64,000 nucleotides of DNA from Chitinophaga pinensis (lineage in GTDB: Bacteria; Bacteroidota; Bacteroidia; Flavobacteriales_D; Crocinitomicaceae): contig CALPWQ020000001.1 of assembly GCA_943327315.2 (NCBI GenBank), positions 627 to 64,626 of the forward strand, read 5' to 3'. How positions within the stretch are numbered: position 1 is the first letter of the stretch; the number at the start of each line of letters is the position of its first letter. The position numbers were made by a program, and so were the translations under genes. The notes beneath the pieces were generated by a model. The model was not told the origin of the DNA. It ran no database searches and worked only from the letters and a program-made list of their open reading frames with translations. This document shows, in pieces, positions 10,154 to 18,197 of this stretch.

Positions 10154-11149
10154 CTAATCTACAAAAACAAACTCCTCCTCATGACTACTGATGTAGTCGA
10201 GCAGTTCCATGACTTCATTCAAATCTGTTGATGTCACCAATTTCATTCGAAATTCCTTGAAATGTGAAATCCCTTTAAAATAATTGGTGTAATGGCGCTT
10301 CATTTCAGCAATTCCAAGTACTTCACCTTTCCAGTTCACTGACATTTGAAGGTGGTCGCGCGCTGCATCTACACGTTCTTTCAGCCCTGGAGCTGCTAAG
10401 TGTGTGCCTGTGGCCATAAAATGTTTGATTTCGTTGAAGATCCATGGGTAACCAATACTCGCGCGACCGATCATGATGCCATCGACTCCATAACGCTGCT
10501 TGTATTCCAAAGCTTTTTCTGGAGTATCAATATCGCCATTTCCAAATACAGGAATGTGCATGCGCTGGTTGTTTTTTACTTCTCCGATCAAGGTCCAATC
10601 GGCATCACCCTTGTACATTTGTTTACGTGTGCGGCCATGAATTGAAATCGCTTCAATACCCACATCTTGCAATCGCTCTGCGGTTTCTAAAATGTATTTG
10701 GTGTCATCATCCCAACCGAGTCGAGTTTTAACAGTGACGGGCAGATTCGTAGCGTTCACAATTTCTTGTGTCATCCTTACCATCTTTGGAATATCCTGCA
10801 ATATACCCGCTCCAGCACCTTTGCATGCGACCTTTTTCACCGGACAGCCGTAGTTGATGTCTATGATGTCGGGATTGACCTTTTCAATGATCTCTGCGGC
10901 TTGCTTCATGCTTTCGATTTCTGAACCAAAAATTTGAATTCCCACAGGACGTTCATATTCAAAAATATCCAGCTTCTGGACACTCTTTACCGCATCACGA
11001 ATGAGGCCTTCTGAAGAAATAAACTCCGTGTACATCAAATCAGCGCCATTCTTCTTGCACAAGGCACGAAAAGGCGGATCACTCACATCCTCCATCGGTG
11101 CAAGCAACAGAGGAAATTCACCCAATTCTATGTTACGGATTTTTACCAC
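10154..11149 (-). CDS. dusB: tRNA-dihydrouridine synthase
   Basis: LLLAPMEDVSDPPFR...INYGCPVKKV...HGRTR motifs. The track start 11197 is TTG inside a repeat array. GTG at 11149 gives MVKIRNIELGEFP, as I recall for Dus N-termini, and a -7 box sits just upstream. The start remains uncertain. Confidence 0.85.
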   Translation of the reverse strand: MVKIRNIELGEFPLLLAPMEDVSDPPFRALCKKNGADLMYTEFISSEGLIRDAVKSVQKLDIFEYERPVGIQIFGSEIESMKQAAEIIEKVNPDIIDINYGCPVKKVACKGAGAGILQDIPKMVRMTQEIVNATNLPVTVKTRLGWDDDTKYILETAERLQDVGIEAISIHGRTRKQMYKGDADWTLIGEVKNNQRMHIPVFGNGDIDTPEKALEYKQRYGVDGIMIGRASIGYPWIFNEIKHFMATGTHLAAPGLKERVDAARDHLQMSVNWKGEVLGIAEMKRHYTNYFKGISHFKEFRMKLVTSTDLNEVMELLDYISSHEEEFVFVD

Positions 11150-11153
11150 GGTG

Positions 11154-11161
11154 CAAAGATA
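11154..11161 (-). promoter_or_regulatory. -7 promoter box TATCTTTG upstream of dusB
   Basis: Exact TAnnTTTG on the minus strand, immediately 5' of the GTG at 11149. Confidence 0.35.
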
Positions 11162-11162
11162 G

Positions 11163-11248
11163 GGACAAAAGACGTCAAGACAATGGACAAAAGACAATGG
11201 ACAAAAGACGTCAAGACATTAAGATTTTAAGACGTTAAGATGTTAAGA
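11163..11248 (-). repeat. 8-bp periodic TCTTnnnn array merging into GTCTTTTGTCC / TGTCTTGACGTCTTTTGTCC direct repeats
   Basis: The minus strand reads TCTTAAca TCTTAAcg TCTTAAaa TCTTAAtg TCTTGAcg TCTTTTgt ccattg TCTTTTgt ccattg TCTTGAcg TCTTTTgt. GGACAAAAGAC recurs on the plus strand at 11749..11759. Confidence 0.8.
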
Positions 11249-11784
11249 ACCGCTGCGTTGCATGACAAAACACGGATCATAACCAAAAGTTGGGGAGGAA
11301 TAAAAATCGGTTGTTTATCCTAGCCCCGGGTTTCAACCCGGGGTATAATAAGAGCAATTGAAGAAATGAATCAACCATTTTAATGGTTTACCCTTGGGAA
11401 ATTTTGGAATTGACATGATCTATCAAGAAGCTTAATCCATTTTGATAAAGGATTGTTTGACCCCCGATGGGGTCATTAGTTTTCGCGAGAGCTTAAGTTT
11501 ACAGAGATTCGACCCCCGACGCAACGGACAGGCCGATGGGGTCATAAAATAATCAGAATGAATAGAGCGCGAGTCAAATATCATCGTGGATTACTTAGTA
11601 ACTTAAAGATACGGAGAGTAACATTTTTTCTTCTAAGTATCAATCCCTAATTTTTATTGACTTTAATCGGGTACTTCCTTTTTAGAATCGCACAAATTTA
11701 TGCGTAGTCCCCAGGTTTTGGTCTTGATCCCAAAACACAAGAGACAAAGGACAAAAGACTCAATCATGTTTCGGTGACTAAAGC

Positions 11785-11880
11785 AAAAAAGGAGCACTCA
11801 CGCGCTCCTTTTTGTTACCTAACCTAAACCTAACTAAAACTACTGCTGTCTATGAATTCCGGGAACCACCCCGTTGTTTT
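11785..11880 (-). ncRNA. candidate ~95-nt sRNA or leader, copy A (core of the repeat)
   Basis: On the minus strand: conserved -7 box TATCTTTG (plus 11887..11894), then hairpin CGGGGTGGTTCCCG, a C-poor TTAG/TTAGG tract, then terminator GGAGCGCGTGAGTGCTCC plus T6. The terminator stem has a G.U wobble only when read on the minus strand. Confidence 0.35.
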
Positions 11881-11990
11881 ATGAGTCAAAGATAGGGTGA
11901 GGTTCGGATGTAGGAATAGAAATAGCTCCACAGCACAAGCATTTTCAGTAATGCCTTGTATTGGCACTACGTAGTTCTACTTAGTGAAGC
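11785..11990 (-). repeat. ~200-bp duplicated element, copy A (partner at 14782..14990)
   Basis: Long conserved blocks shared with copy B: AAAAAGGAGCACTCACGCGCTCCTTTTT, CTAACTAAAACTACTGCT, GGGAACCACCCCGTTGTTTT, TCAAAGATA, TTCAGTA-TGC, GTAGTTCTAC. Same orientation in both copies. Confidence 0.85.
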
Positions 11991-11997
11991 GCTTATT

Positions 11998-12987
11998 TTA
12001 GCAATTTTGATGGTTTTTTCTGCTTAATGCAACGAGTCTTTTCGACTTTTCATCCCAAAGTTTTAGTGACAAACAGTTTCGTATATCTTGCCAATTGAGC
12101 GATGTGGTTTTTGGTTCTTGCAGCATTGGGATATCACGCATGGCCTCTGGTAAACGATAAAAGGGGATCCGTGCGTTGATGTGATGAATGTGGTGGTAGC
12201 CGATATTTCCTGTAAACCAATGCATCAGGCAATTTGTCTTCATGAAACTGGACGATTCCATTGCTGCATCGAGATAGCTCCATTGCTCATCGGACTTATA
12301 GGTTGCCGTTGGAAAATTGTGTTGTGCATAAAAAAGATAGGCACCCATTCCACCTGAAATAAAATGAGGAATCACTGTAAAAAACAAGGTTGTTAGCCAA
12401 CCAAAATTGATAAAGATCAAAACATGAAGTGTGAAATAAAATACCAAAGCGAGAATTGCCTCCTTATTTTTTGAAAAACTTACCATTAAGGGGTGAATGC
12501 ACATTCCAAGCAGAAATGAAAAAATAAATCCATTGAAAATGACAAAGGGGTGTCGGATGAACAAATACTGTCGCTGCTGCTTTGCATTTAATTCATTAAA
12601 TCGAGTTACCGTAAACATTGGGTATGAACCAATGCCCGATTTAAACAATTTCGAATTGTGATCGTGGTGGTAATTGTGGGACCTGCGCCAAACGACTTTC
12701 GGACACAACACATAGTACCCGAAAATGGTAAAAAGAATGTTTGCGAATGTATTCTCAGTCAAAATGGCATTGTGCAGATAGTCATGGTAAATCACGAACA
12801 TTCGTACGATGAGCAAGCCGCAAAGCACACTCAACGGCAATTTTATCATCCAATTTATATCCAGCGTCAAAAGATAAAGATTCGTGGCAAGTAGAAAAAA
12901 CGTAGACAATGTCACCCACCAACTTTTCAATCGGTTCTCACGCGCATACGCCGCAGTTATTGCCAATATAACATCGTTCATTTTCAT
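11998..12987 (-). CDS. membrane fatty-acid desaturase family protein
   Basis: Three His boxes (HDYLHN, HNYHHDH, HHIHH) and multiple TM helices. ATGA overlap with the upstream gene. Confidence 0.85.
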   Translation of the reverse strand: MKMNDVILAITAAYARENRLKSWWVTLSTFFLLATNLYLLTLDINWMIKLPLSVLCGLLIVRMFVIYHDYLHNAILTENTFANILFTIFGYYVLCPKVVWRRSHNYHHDHNSKLFKSGIGSYPMFTVTRFNELNAKQQRQYLFIRHPFVIFNGFIFSFLLGMCIHPLMVSFSKNKEAILALVFYFTLHVLIFINFGWLTTLFFTVIPHFISGGMGAYLFYAQHNFPTATYKSDEQWSYLDAAMESSSFMKTNCLMHWFTGNIGYHHIHHINARIPFYRLPEAMRDIPMLQEPKTTSLNWQDIRNCLSLKLWDEKSKRLVALSRKNHQNC

Positions 12988-14072
12988 TTTGTTGAGTAAG
13001 CTATTTTTGAATTGTTGCGGAGTAAGCGAAAATGCGAAATAACAGCAGAGATTAAATACTTTTCACTGCGGTATGGATAGTTGTATTTTTGGCAAGTCTC
13101 CACCAAAATCTTGGTGATTTCCGGGTAATGAATATGGCAGATGTGCGGACACAAGTGGTGGATAACGTGAAAATTAAATCCACCGAAAAGTGTCACAATC
13201 AATGGATTGGATTTCCCAAAGTCTGACGCCGTCAATACCTGATGGTATGACCAACTGTGTGGTAAGACTTGTTGATCATTGGGCTTTGGAAACTGGGCAT
13301 CTTCGCCAACATGTGTGCTCAAAAGAACAAACGTGATGACTAAACTTCCAACGACCGTAAGTAGAAAAAATGAGGAGATCGCAAAGAGCCAACTTACCTT
13401 CAAAATCAATACGGGTATGAGAATAAATTGACTCAAATAAAACAATTTGAAGAAGATCATTTTCACCAATTCCTTTTTGGGATAATTGCTATTGTCAAAG
13501 ACTCCAATTCTTTTCGAAAAAGCATCTTTAAAATCGCGGTAAACAACCCAACGAAAGATATAAAGCATATAGACCAAAGGCATATAGATATGTTGAAGCC
13601 GATGATATGCGTGATGCTTGTCATTGGGGAATATCTTCACAACACTGGTTTGCTGAATATCGGAATCATAATCCATGATGTTGGGATAAACATGGTGCGC
13701 GCCGATATGTCGATTCACCCAATTGTAAGAATTCGTTCCTAGTAGGTCAAAAACTAAAAGCAAGGCTTGATTCGCCCCGGGCCGCTTAAAGATCGCGTTA
13801 TGTGCTGCATCATGTCCAATATTCAACCCCATGAAAACCGACCAAGCACCGATAAAGGCATAAAGGCCATACATTAAAACATGGCTTTCTTCAACCAAAA
13901 AAATCGCAACATAGGCTAGAACGTAAATTAGGGACATCACCACCAACTTAATTTTCATGGTCGCATTGGCGAAATGACTTATTTTCTTTGACTTGAAATA
14001 GTAGTCAATCCTTTCTTTTAGCTCATTTAAGAAATTCGAGTTCTCGGGAGAAAATGTAATTTTTTCTATCAT
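12984..14072 (-). CDS. membrane fatty-acid desaturase family protein (acyl-lipid/acyl-CoA front-end-like, no cytochrome b5 domain)
   Basis: His boxes HDAAHN, HHVYPN, HVIHH. TM-rich. ATGA overlaps at both ends. Confidence 0.85.
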   Translation of the reverse strand: MIEKITFSPENSNFLNELKERIDYYFKSKKISHFANATMKIKLVVMSLIYVLAYVAIFLVEESHVLMYGLYAFIGAWSVFMGLNIGHDAAHNAIFKRPGANQALLLVFDLLGTNSYNWVNRHIGAHHVYPNIMDYDSDIQQTSVVKIFPNDKHHAYHRLQHIYMPLVYMLYIFRWVVYRDFKDAFSKRIGVFDNSNYPKKELVKMIFFKLFYLSQFILIPVLILKVSWLFAISSFFLLTVVGSLVITFVLLSTHVGEDAQFPKPNDQQVLPHSWSYHQVLTASDFGKSNPLIVTLFGGFNFHVIHHLCPHICHIHYPEITKILVETCQKYNYPYRSEKYLISAVISHFRLLRNNSKIAYSTK

Positions 14073-14668
14073 AGTATCGTGCTTTTTGATGCCGGTTCTC
14101 GTTTAAAAAACCAAACCGTTAGATCTGTGAATGGATGTTTCATTTCCGCATATTCTACATAGCCACTAGACTGGTACAATTTGCGCACGCGTGGAACCGT
14201 TGTTTCAATAAAAATGCACAAATTCGAGGCGTCACTAGAATCAAACATTTTGTGTTTTATTTCAAAAGCCGTTTTTGACGTTCGACGTTCCTTATCTGTT
14301 GCTACCAAAAGTCCGAGCCAGCCATTTGTTGGACGAAGCGAAGCAATCAACTTTTGATATCGAATAGCATTCAACCCGTTTCGAATCCCAGTAATAAAGA
14401 ACAACACATAGAGTCGGAGGAAAATTAAACGAAGCGAGGTCATTTTTTGATTGACCTGAAAAAATAAGAGAGCACCATTCTGGTCACTGGTTAAGTAGGC
14501 ACCATTTTTTGCTTTAGATTCATAAAACAACAATCGAATGATCCATTTTCGCTGTTTTAAATTCTCTGGATTCTTTACCATCCAATAAACACCAGGCGAA
14601 TCAATAAAGGCATCCTCCAAAATTTGAATTGCCCTTTTATCCTCAAAACGTGTTTTAACTAATTTCAT
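14069..14668 (-). CDS. GNAT-like N-acetyltransferase family protein (weak call)
   Basis: 199 aa. C-terminal IFIETTVPRVRKLYQSSGYVEY resembles the GNAT motif A/B region. First gene of an overlapping three-gene operon. Confidence 0.5.
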   Translation of the reverse strand: MKLVKTRFEDKRAIQILEDAFIDSPGVYWMVKNPENLKQRKWIIRLLFYESKAKNGAYLTSDQNGALLFFQVNQKMTSLRLIFLRLYVLFFITGIRNGLNAIRYQKLIASLRPTNGWLGLLVATDKERRTSKTAFEIKHKMFDSSDASNLCIFIETTVPRVRKLYQSSGYVEYAEMKHPFTDLTVWFFKREPASKSTIL

Positions 14669-14781
14669 TCCACCAATTCATCACATCAAAAATGAGATGA
14701 ATTCCGCAAATCACATTATTGAATTGCACCATTGAAAAAATGTCAGTTGCGATATTCACAAATATTTCAATGGATTAAACT

Positions 14782-14875
14782 AAAAAAGGAGCACTCACGC
14801 GCTCCTTTTTTACTACCTAACTAACTAACTAACTAAAACTACTGCTATGAAAAACGGGAACCACCCCGTTGTTTT
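14782..14875 (-). ncRNA. candidate ~95-nt sRNA or leader, copy B
   Basis: -7 box TATCTTTG (plus 14882..14889), hairpin AACGGGGTGGTTCCCGTT, (TTAG)n tract, terminator GGAGCGCGTGAGTGCTCC plus T6 (plus 14788..14805). It lies between the phnA terminator and the GNAT-desaturase operon. Confidence 0.35.
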
Positions 14876-14990
14876 GTGAATCAAAGATAATTCGAGGACT
14901 TACGATCCGTGTGTGATTCTTCGACTTAGCTGCTCACTTTCAGTAGTGCTGCGTAGAGAAGCTAAGTAGTTCTACGCAGTAGGGGGGCAG
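14782..14990 (-). repeat. ~200-bp duplicated element, copy B (partner at 11785..11990)
   Basis: See copy A. The offset between the terminator hairpins of the two copies is 2,997 bp. Confidence 0.85.
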
Positions 14991-14999
14991 CTTTAGCAT

Positions 15000-15030
15000 A
15001 AAAAAAGCGATAAAATCACTTTTACCGCTT
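15000..15030 (-). terminator. intrinsic terminator downstream of phnA
   Basis: The minus strand reads AAGCGGTAAAAGTGATTTTATCGCTT followed by T7. It contains a G.U wobble only in minus-strand sense. Confidence 0.6.
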
Positions 15031-15090
15031 CGTTATTCTTTTCGAATTCCTAGTGTATCATCTCGTTCAACCGTCTAAGGAATCACTGAA

Positions 15091-15660
15091 TTATTTTTTT
15101 ACATATTGTGTCAAAATGACAATTCCTTGGCCATTGATTTTTCCTTCAATTTGCTCCGTATTGTCTTTCACCAAGCGAATATTGCGCACAGAAGTCCCAC
15201 GTTTTGCGGTAAAGCCAGCACCTTTCACTTCAAGATCTTTGATCAGTACGATGGTATCACCATTCTCCAATACTGTTCCATTGCTATCCATATGTAGAGC
15301 TGCCGCTTCAACTTCGCGATGATCTCCAGATGCCTCTGCCCAAGTCAATGTTTCATCGTTCAAATACATCATGTCAATTAAATCTTGCGGCCAATCTTCA
15401 GCTTTGAGACGGTGTAACATTCGCCATGAAAGCACCTGAACCGCTGGCACTTCGCTCCACATGCAATCTGTTAAACAGCGCCAATGGTTAGATTCCATTG
15501 TATTTTTTGTCATCTGTTCAACACAGATCGAACAGGCGTGAACATGTTGATCTGGGTTTGTACTGTTTCCTGGTTCAACAAGAAATGCGGTCAATCCATC
15601 ATCTCCGCCACACAATTCACAAATCCCCTTGCTGCGCGAACGCAAATCTCCTTCTACCAT
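15091..15660 (-). CDS. phnA: PhnA-family zinc-ribbon protein
   Basis: N-terminal Cys pairs (CELCGG...CSIC) and the characteristic C-terminal domain DSNGTVLENGDTIVLIKDLEVKGAGFTAKRGTSVRNIRLV. Confidence 0.85.
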   Translation of the reverse strand: MVEGDLRSRSKGICELCGGDDGLTAFLVEPGNSTNPDQHVHACSICVEQMTKNTMESNHWRCLTDCMWSEVPAVQVLSWRMLHRLKAEDWPQDLIDMMYLNDETLTWAEASGDHREVEAAALHMDSNGTVLENGDTIVLIKDLEVKGAGFTAKRGTSVRNIRLVKDNTEQIEGKINGQGIVILTQYVKK

Positions 15661-15662
15661 AT

Positions 15663-16181
15663 TTATTTTTTCAATTGATTGTCCAAGGTCATGTGAAGTC
15701 CTAGTCCACGAAGTTCTTGTCCTTGGGCAATAATGTTTCCGTCACCATCGATCAAGAATGCCGAAGGAATGGAATATACCTTGTACAAGGTCGCGACAAC
15801 ATTGTCTTTGTCCCAACCGTGGTATTTCCACGTTAACTTATCCTGAGTAATTGCAGCTTTCCAAGCGTCCTCATTGCGGTCCAAAGAAATGCTGAAGACC
15901 TCAAACCCTTTGGCATTTTTAAACTTTGCCGATTTGTATTTGGCGTATGCTTCTACCACATTGGGATTTTCTTTGCGGCAAGGTCCACACCAAGAAGCCC
16001 AGAAATCGACCAATACCATTTTCCCCTTCAACTTTGACAATTGAACAGTTTTTCCTGCCGGAGTAACTAAGGCAATATCTGGTGCTTTTTCTGCTGGCAA
16101 GGCTAGATTTTCCTCATTTGACGGAGAAAAAAGTGAAAGGGAAAGTGCTCCAATCGCAACAAAGATGACTATATATTTCAT
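15663..16181 (-). CDS. TlpA/ResA-like thiol-disulfide oxidoreductase (thioredoxin fold)
   Basis: Signal peptide and redox motif WASWCGPCR. Confidence 0.85.
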   Translation of the reverse strand: MKYIVIFVAIGALSLSLFSPSNEENLALPAEKAPDIALVTPAGKTVQLSKLKGKMVLVDFWASWCGPCRKENPNVVEAYAKYKSAKFKNAKGFEVFSISLDRNEDAWKAAITQDKLTWKYHGWDKDNVVATLYKVYSIPSAFLIDGDGNIIAQGQELRGLGLHMTLDNQLKK

Positions 16182-17488
16182 TATCCTATTCTTCTAATGT
16201 CAGCACCGATGTTATTCAAACGAAGCTCAATATCCTGGTATCCACGGTCGATTTGTTCAATGTTGTGGATTACACTTTTGCCTTCTGCAGACAATGCAGC
16301 AATAAGCAAAGATACCCCTGCACGAATATCAGGTGAAGTCATTTGAATTCCTCTCAAGGCATATTGACGATCCAAACCGATTACCGTAGCGCGATGCGGG
16401 TCACATAAAATGATTTGCGCACCCATATCAATCAACTTATCCACGAAGAACAAGCGTGATTCAAACATTTTCTGATGAATGAGCACCGAACCTTTGGCTT
16501 GGGTTGCAACCACAAGAATGATGGACAATAAGTCAGGAGTGAATCCCGGCCATGGTGCATCCGCTATGGTTAAGATTGAACCATCGATAAATGTATCAAT
16601 TTCATAATGGTCTTGTGCCGGGATAAAAATATCATCGCCACGGCGCTCTAACTTTATCCCCAAGCGACGAAACACATTCGGAATTACCCCAAGGTTTTCA
16701 TAGCTCACATCTTTGATTGTAATCTCCGATTTTGTCATTGCCGCCAAACCAATAAAGCTCCCGATTTCAATCATGTCTGGGAGTATCCTATGGAAACAAC
16801 CGTTGAGTTCTTTCACTCCTTCAATCGTCAATAAATTTGAACCAATCCCGGAGATTTTCGCACCCATGGCATTTAACATTTTGCACAGCTGCTGCAAATA
16901 CGGTTCGCATGCTGCATTGTAAAATGTTGTTGTTCCCTCCGCCATAACGGAAGCCATCAAAATATTTGCTGTGCCCGTCACGGATGCTTCATCGAGGTGA
17001 ATGTATGCTCCTTTCAGTTTTTTGGCTTCTACCGAATAGAAATGCTCACCCGCATCGTAATTGAATTTTGCACCTAAAACGGCGAAACCTTCAAAATGGG
17101 TATCTAAGCGACGTCGACCAATTTTGTCCCCTCCTGGTTTAGGAATAAATCCTTTGCCAAAGCGAGCGAGAAGTGGCCCTACAATCATGATTGATCCACG
17201 AAGTGATCCTGCACGTTTTTTAAAATCTTCTGACTCTAAGTATTTTAAGTCGATGTCCTTCGCTTGAAAAATAAATGTTCCCTTTTCTACCTTTTCCACG
17301 CGCACGCCCATGGTTTGCAATAGGTTGATGAGTTTGTTGACATCGACAATGTCTGGGACATTTGAAATAGTCACTTTCTCTGCTGTCAAAAGCGGCGCAC
17401 ACAGCACTTGCAGTGCCTCATTTTTTGCGCCTTGAGGAATAATCTCTCCTTTTAAGGGCTTTCCACCGTAGATCTCAAAAGATGCCAT
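16181..17488 (-). CDS. murA: UDP-N-acetylglucosamine 1-carboxyvinyltransferase
   Basis: Full-length MurA-like sequence (GAKNEALQVLCAPLL, KPGGDKIGRRRLDTH). Confidence 0.95.
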   Translation of the reverse strand: MASFEIYGGKPLKGEIIPQGAKNEALQVLCAPLLTAEKVTISNVPDIVDVNKLINLLQTMGVRVEKVEKGTFIFQAKDIDLKYLESEDFKKRAGSLRGSIMIVGPLLARFGKGFIPKPGGDKIGRRRLDTHFEGFAVLGAKFNYDAGEHFYSVEAKKLKGAYIHLDEASVTGTANILMASVMAEGTTTFYNAACEPYLQQLCKMLNAMGAKISGIGSNLLTIEGVKELNGCFHRILPDMIEIGSFIGLAAMTKSEITIKDVSYENLGVIPNVFRRLGIKLERRGDDIFIPAQDHYEIDTFIDGSILTIADAPWPGFTPDLLSIILVVATQAKGSVLIHQKMFESRLFFVDKLIDMGAQIILCDPHRATVIGLDRQYALRGIQMTSPDIRAGVSLLIAALSAEGKSVIHNIEQIDRGYQDIELRLNNIGADIRRIG

Positions 17489-17494
17489 GGATTA

Positions 17495-18190
17495 TTATTT
17501 TTTAATGAATTTCTTCTTGTAGTTGGTATTGCTGTTGGTATTGCTATTGTTATTCTTCTTGAAATTCCCTTTTGGACGTGGCTTTTGATTCAAGCCCATT
17601 GCACGAAGAATTGTATTTGTGTTTGTCAATTCATCCGGATTTTCAAGAATCAATCTCCCTTTTGAAAGTTCTCTCAACTGCTGCGCGATCACATGATTTT
17701 CCACCGCATCGTTGTTGTAGGCAAGAAACTGTTTTTTCATGAAATTCGCCATGGCATTTTTCAAGTACTCTGTTTCCTTTTCATCGGTAATTTCTTCCGA
17801 TTTCTCAAGGATACGTTGCGTGTACTTCCCGTAATGTCCAAATCGAATAGAACCTTTCGGATAATCCATAATCGCTGGCTTTTCATTCAACACCTCTTGT
17901 TTTGGGATCTCATAGGGAGAATCTACATCGAGTGTGAAATCAGACATCACAAAAAGGTGCGTCCATAATTTATGACGGAAATCATCAACATCTCGCAAGT
18001 GCGGATTGAGCTGGCCCATAACTTCAATGATGGCTTGAGCAGCTCTGTTGCGTTCGGTGCGGTCAGCAATTTCCATGGCATGGGCAATCATGTTTTGCAC
18101 ATTGCGTCCGTACTCTGGCAAGATCAACCTTCCACGTGTTGTATTGTATTCCATTGAATTATCTCTTTCTTCAAGCAATTTGTCGCTCAT
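17495..18190 (-). CDS. DUF4290-family protein
   Basis: YNTTRGRLILPEYGRNVQNMI N-terminus as I recall for the Bacteroidota DUF4290 family. Low-complexity basic tail. Confidence 0.6.
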   Translation of the reverse strand: MSDKLLEERDNSMEYNTTRGRLILPEYGRNVQNMIAHAMEIADRTERNRAAQAIIEVMGQLNPHLRDVDDFRHKLWTHLFVMSDFTLDVDSPYEIPKQEVLNEKPAIMDYPKGSIRFGHYGKYTQRILEKSEEITDEKETEYLKNAMANFMKKQFLAYNNDAVENHVIAQQLRELSKGRLILENPDELTNTNTILRAMGLNQKPRPKGNFKKNNNSNTNSNTNYKKKFIKK

Positions 18191-18197
18191 TTTTTTC

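Noticed and set aside
11324-11343. CCCCGGGTTTCAACCCGGGG resembling a tRNA T-arm
   Set aside because: No acceptor, D or anticodon arms can be built around it. It is treated as a stand-alone hairpin.
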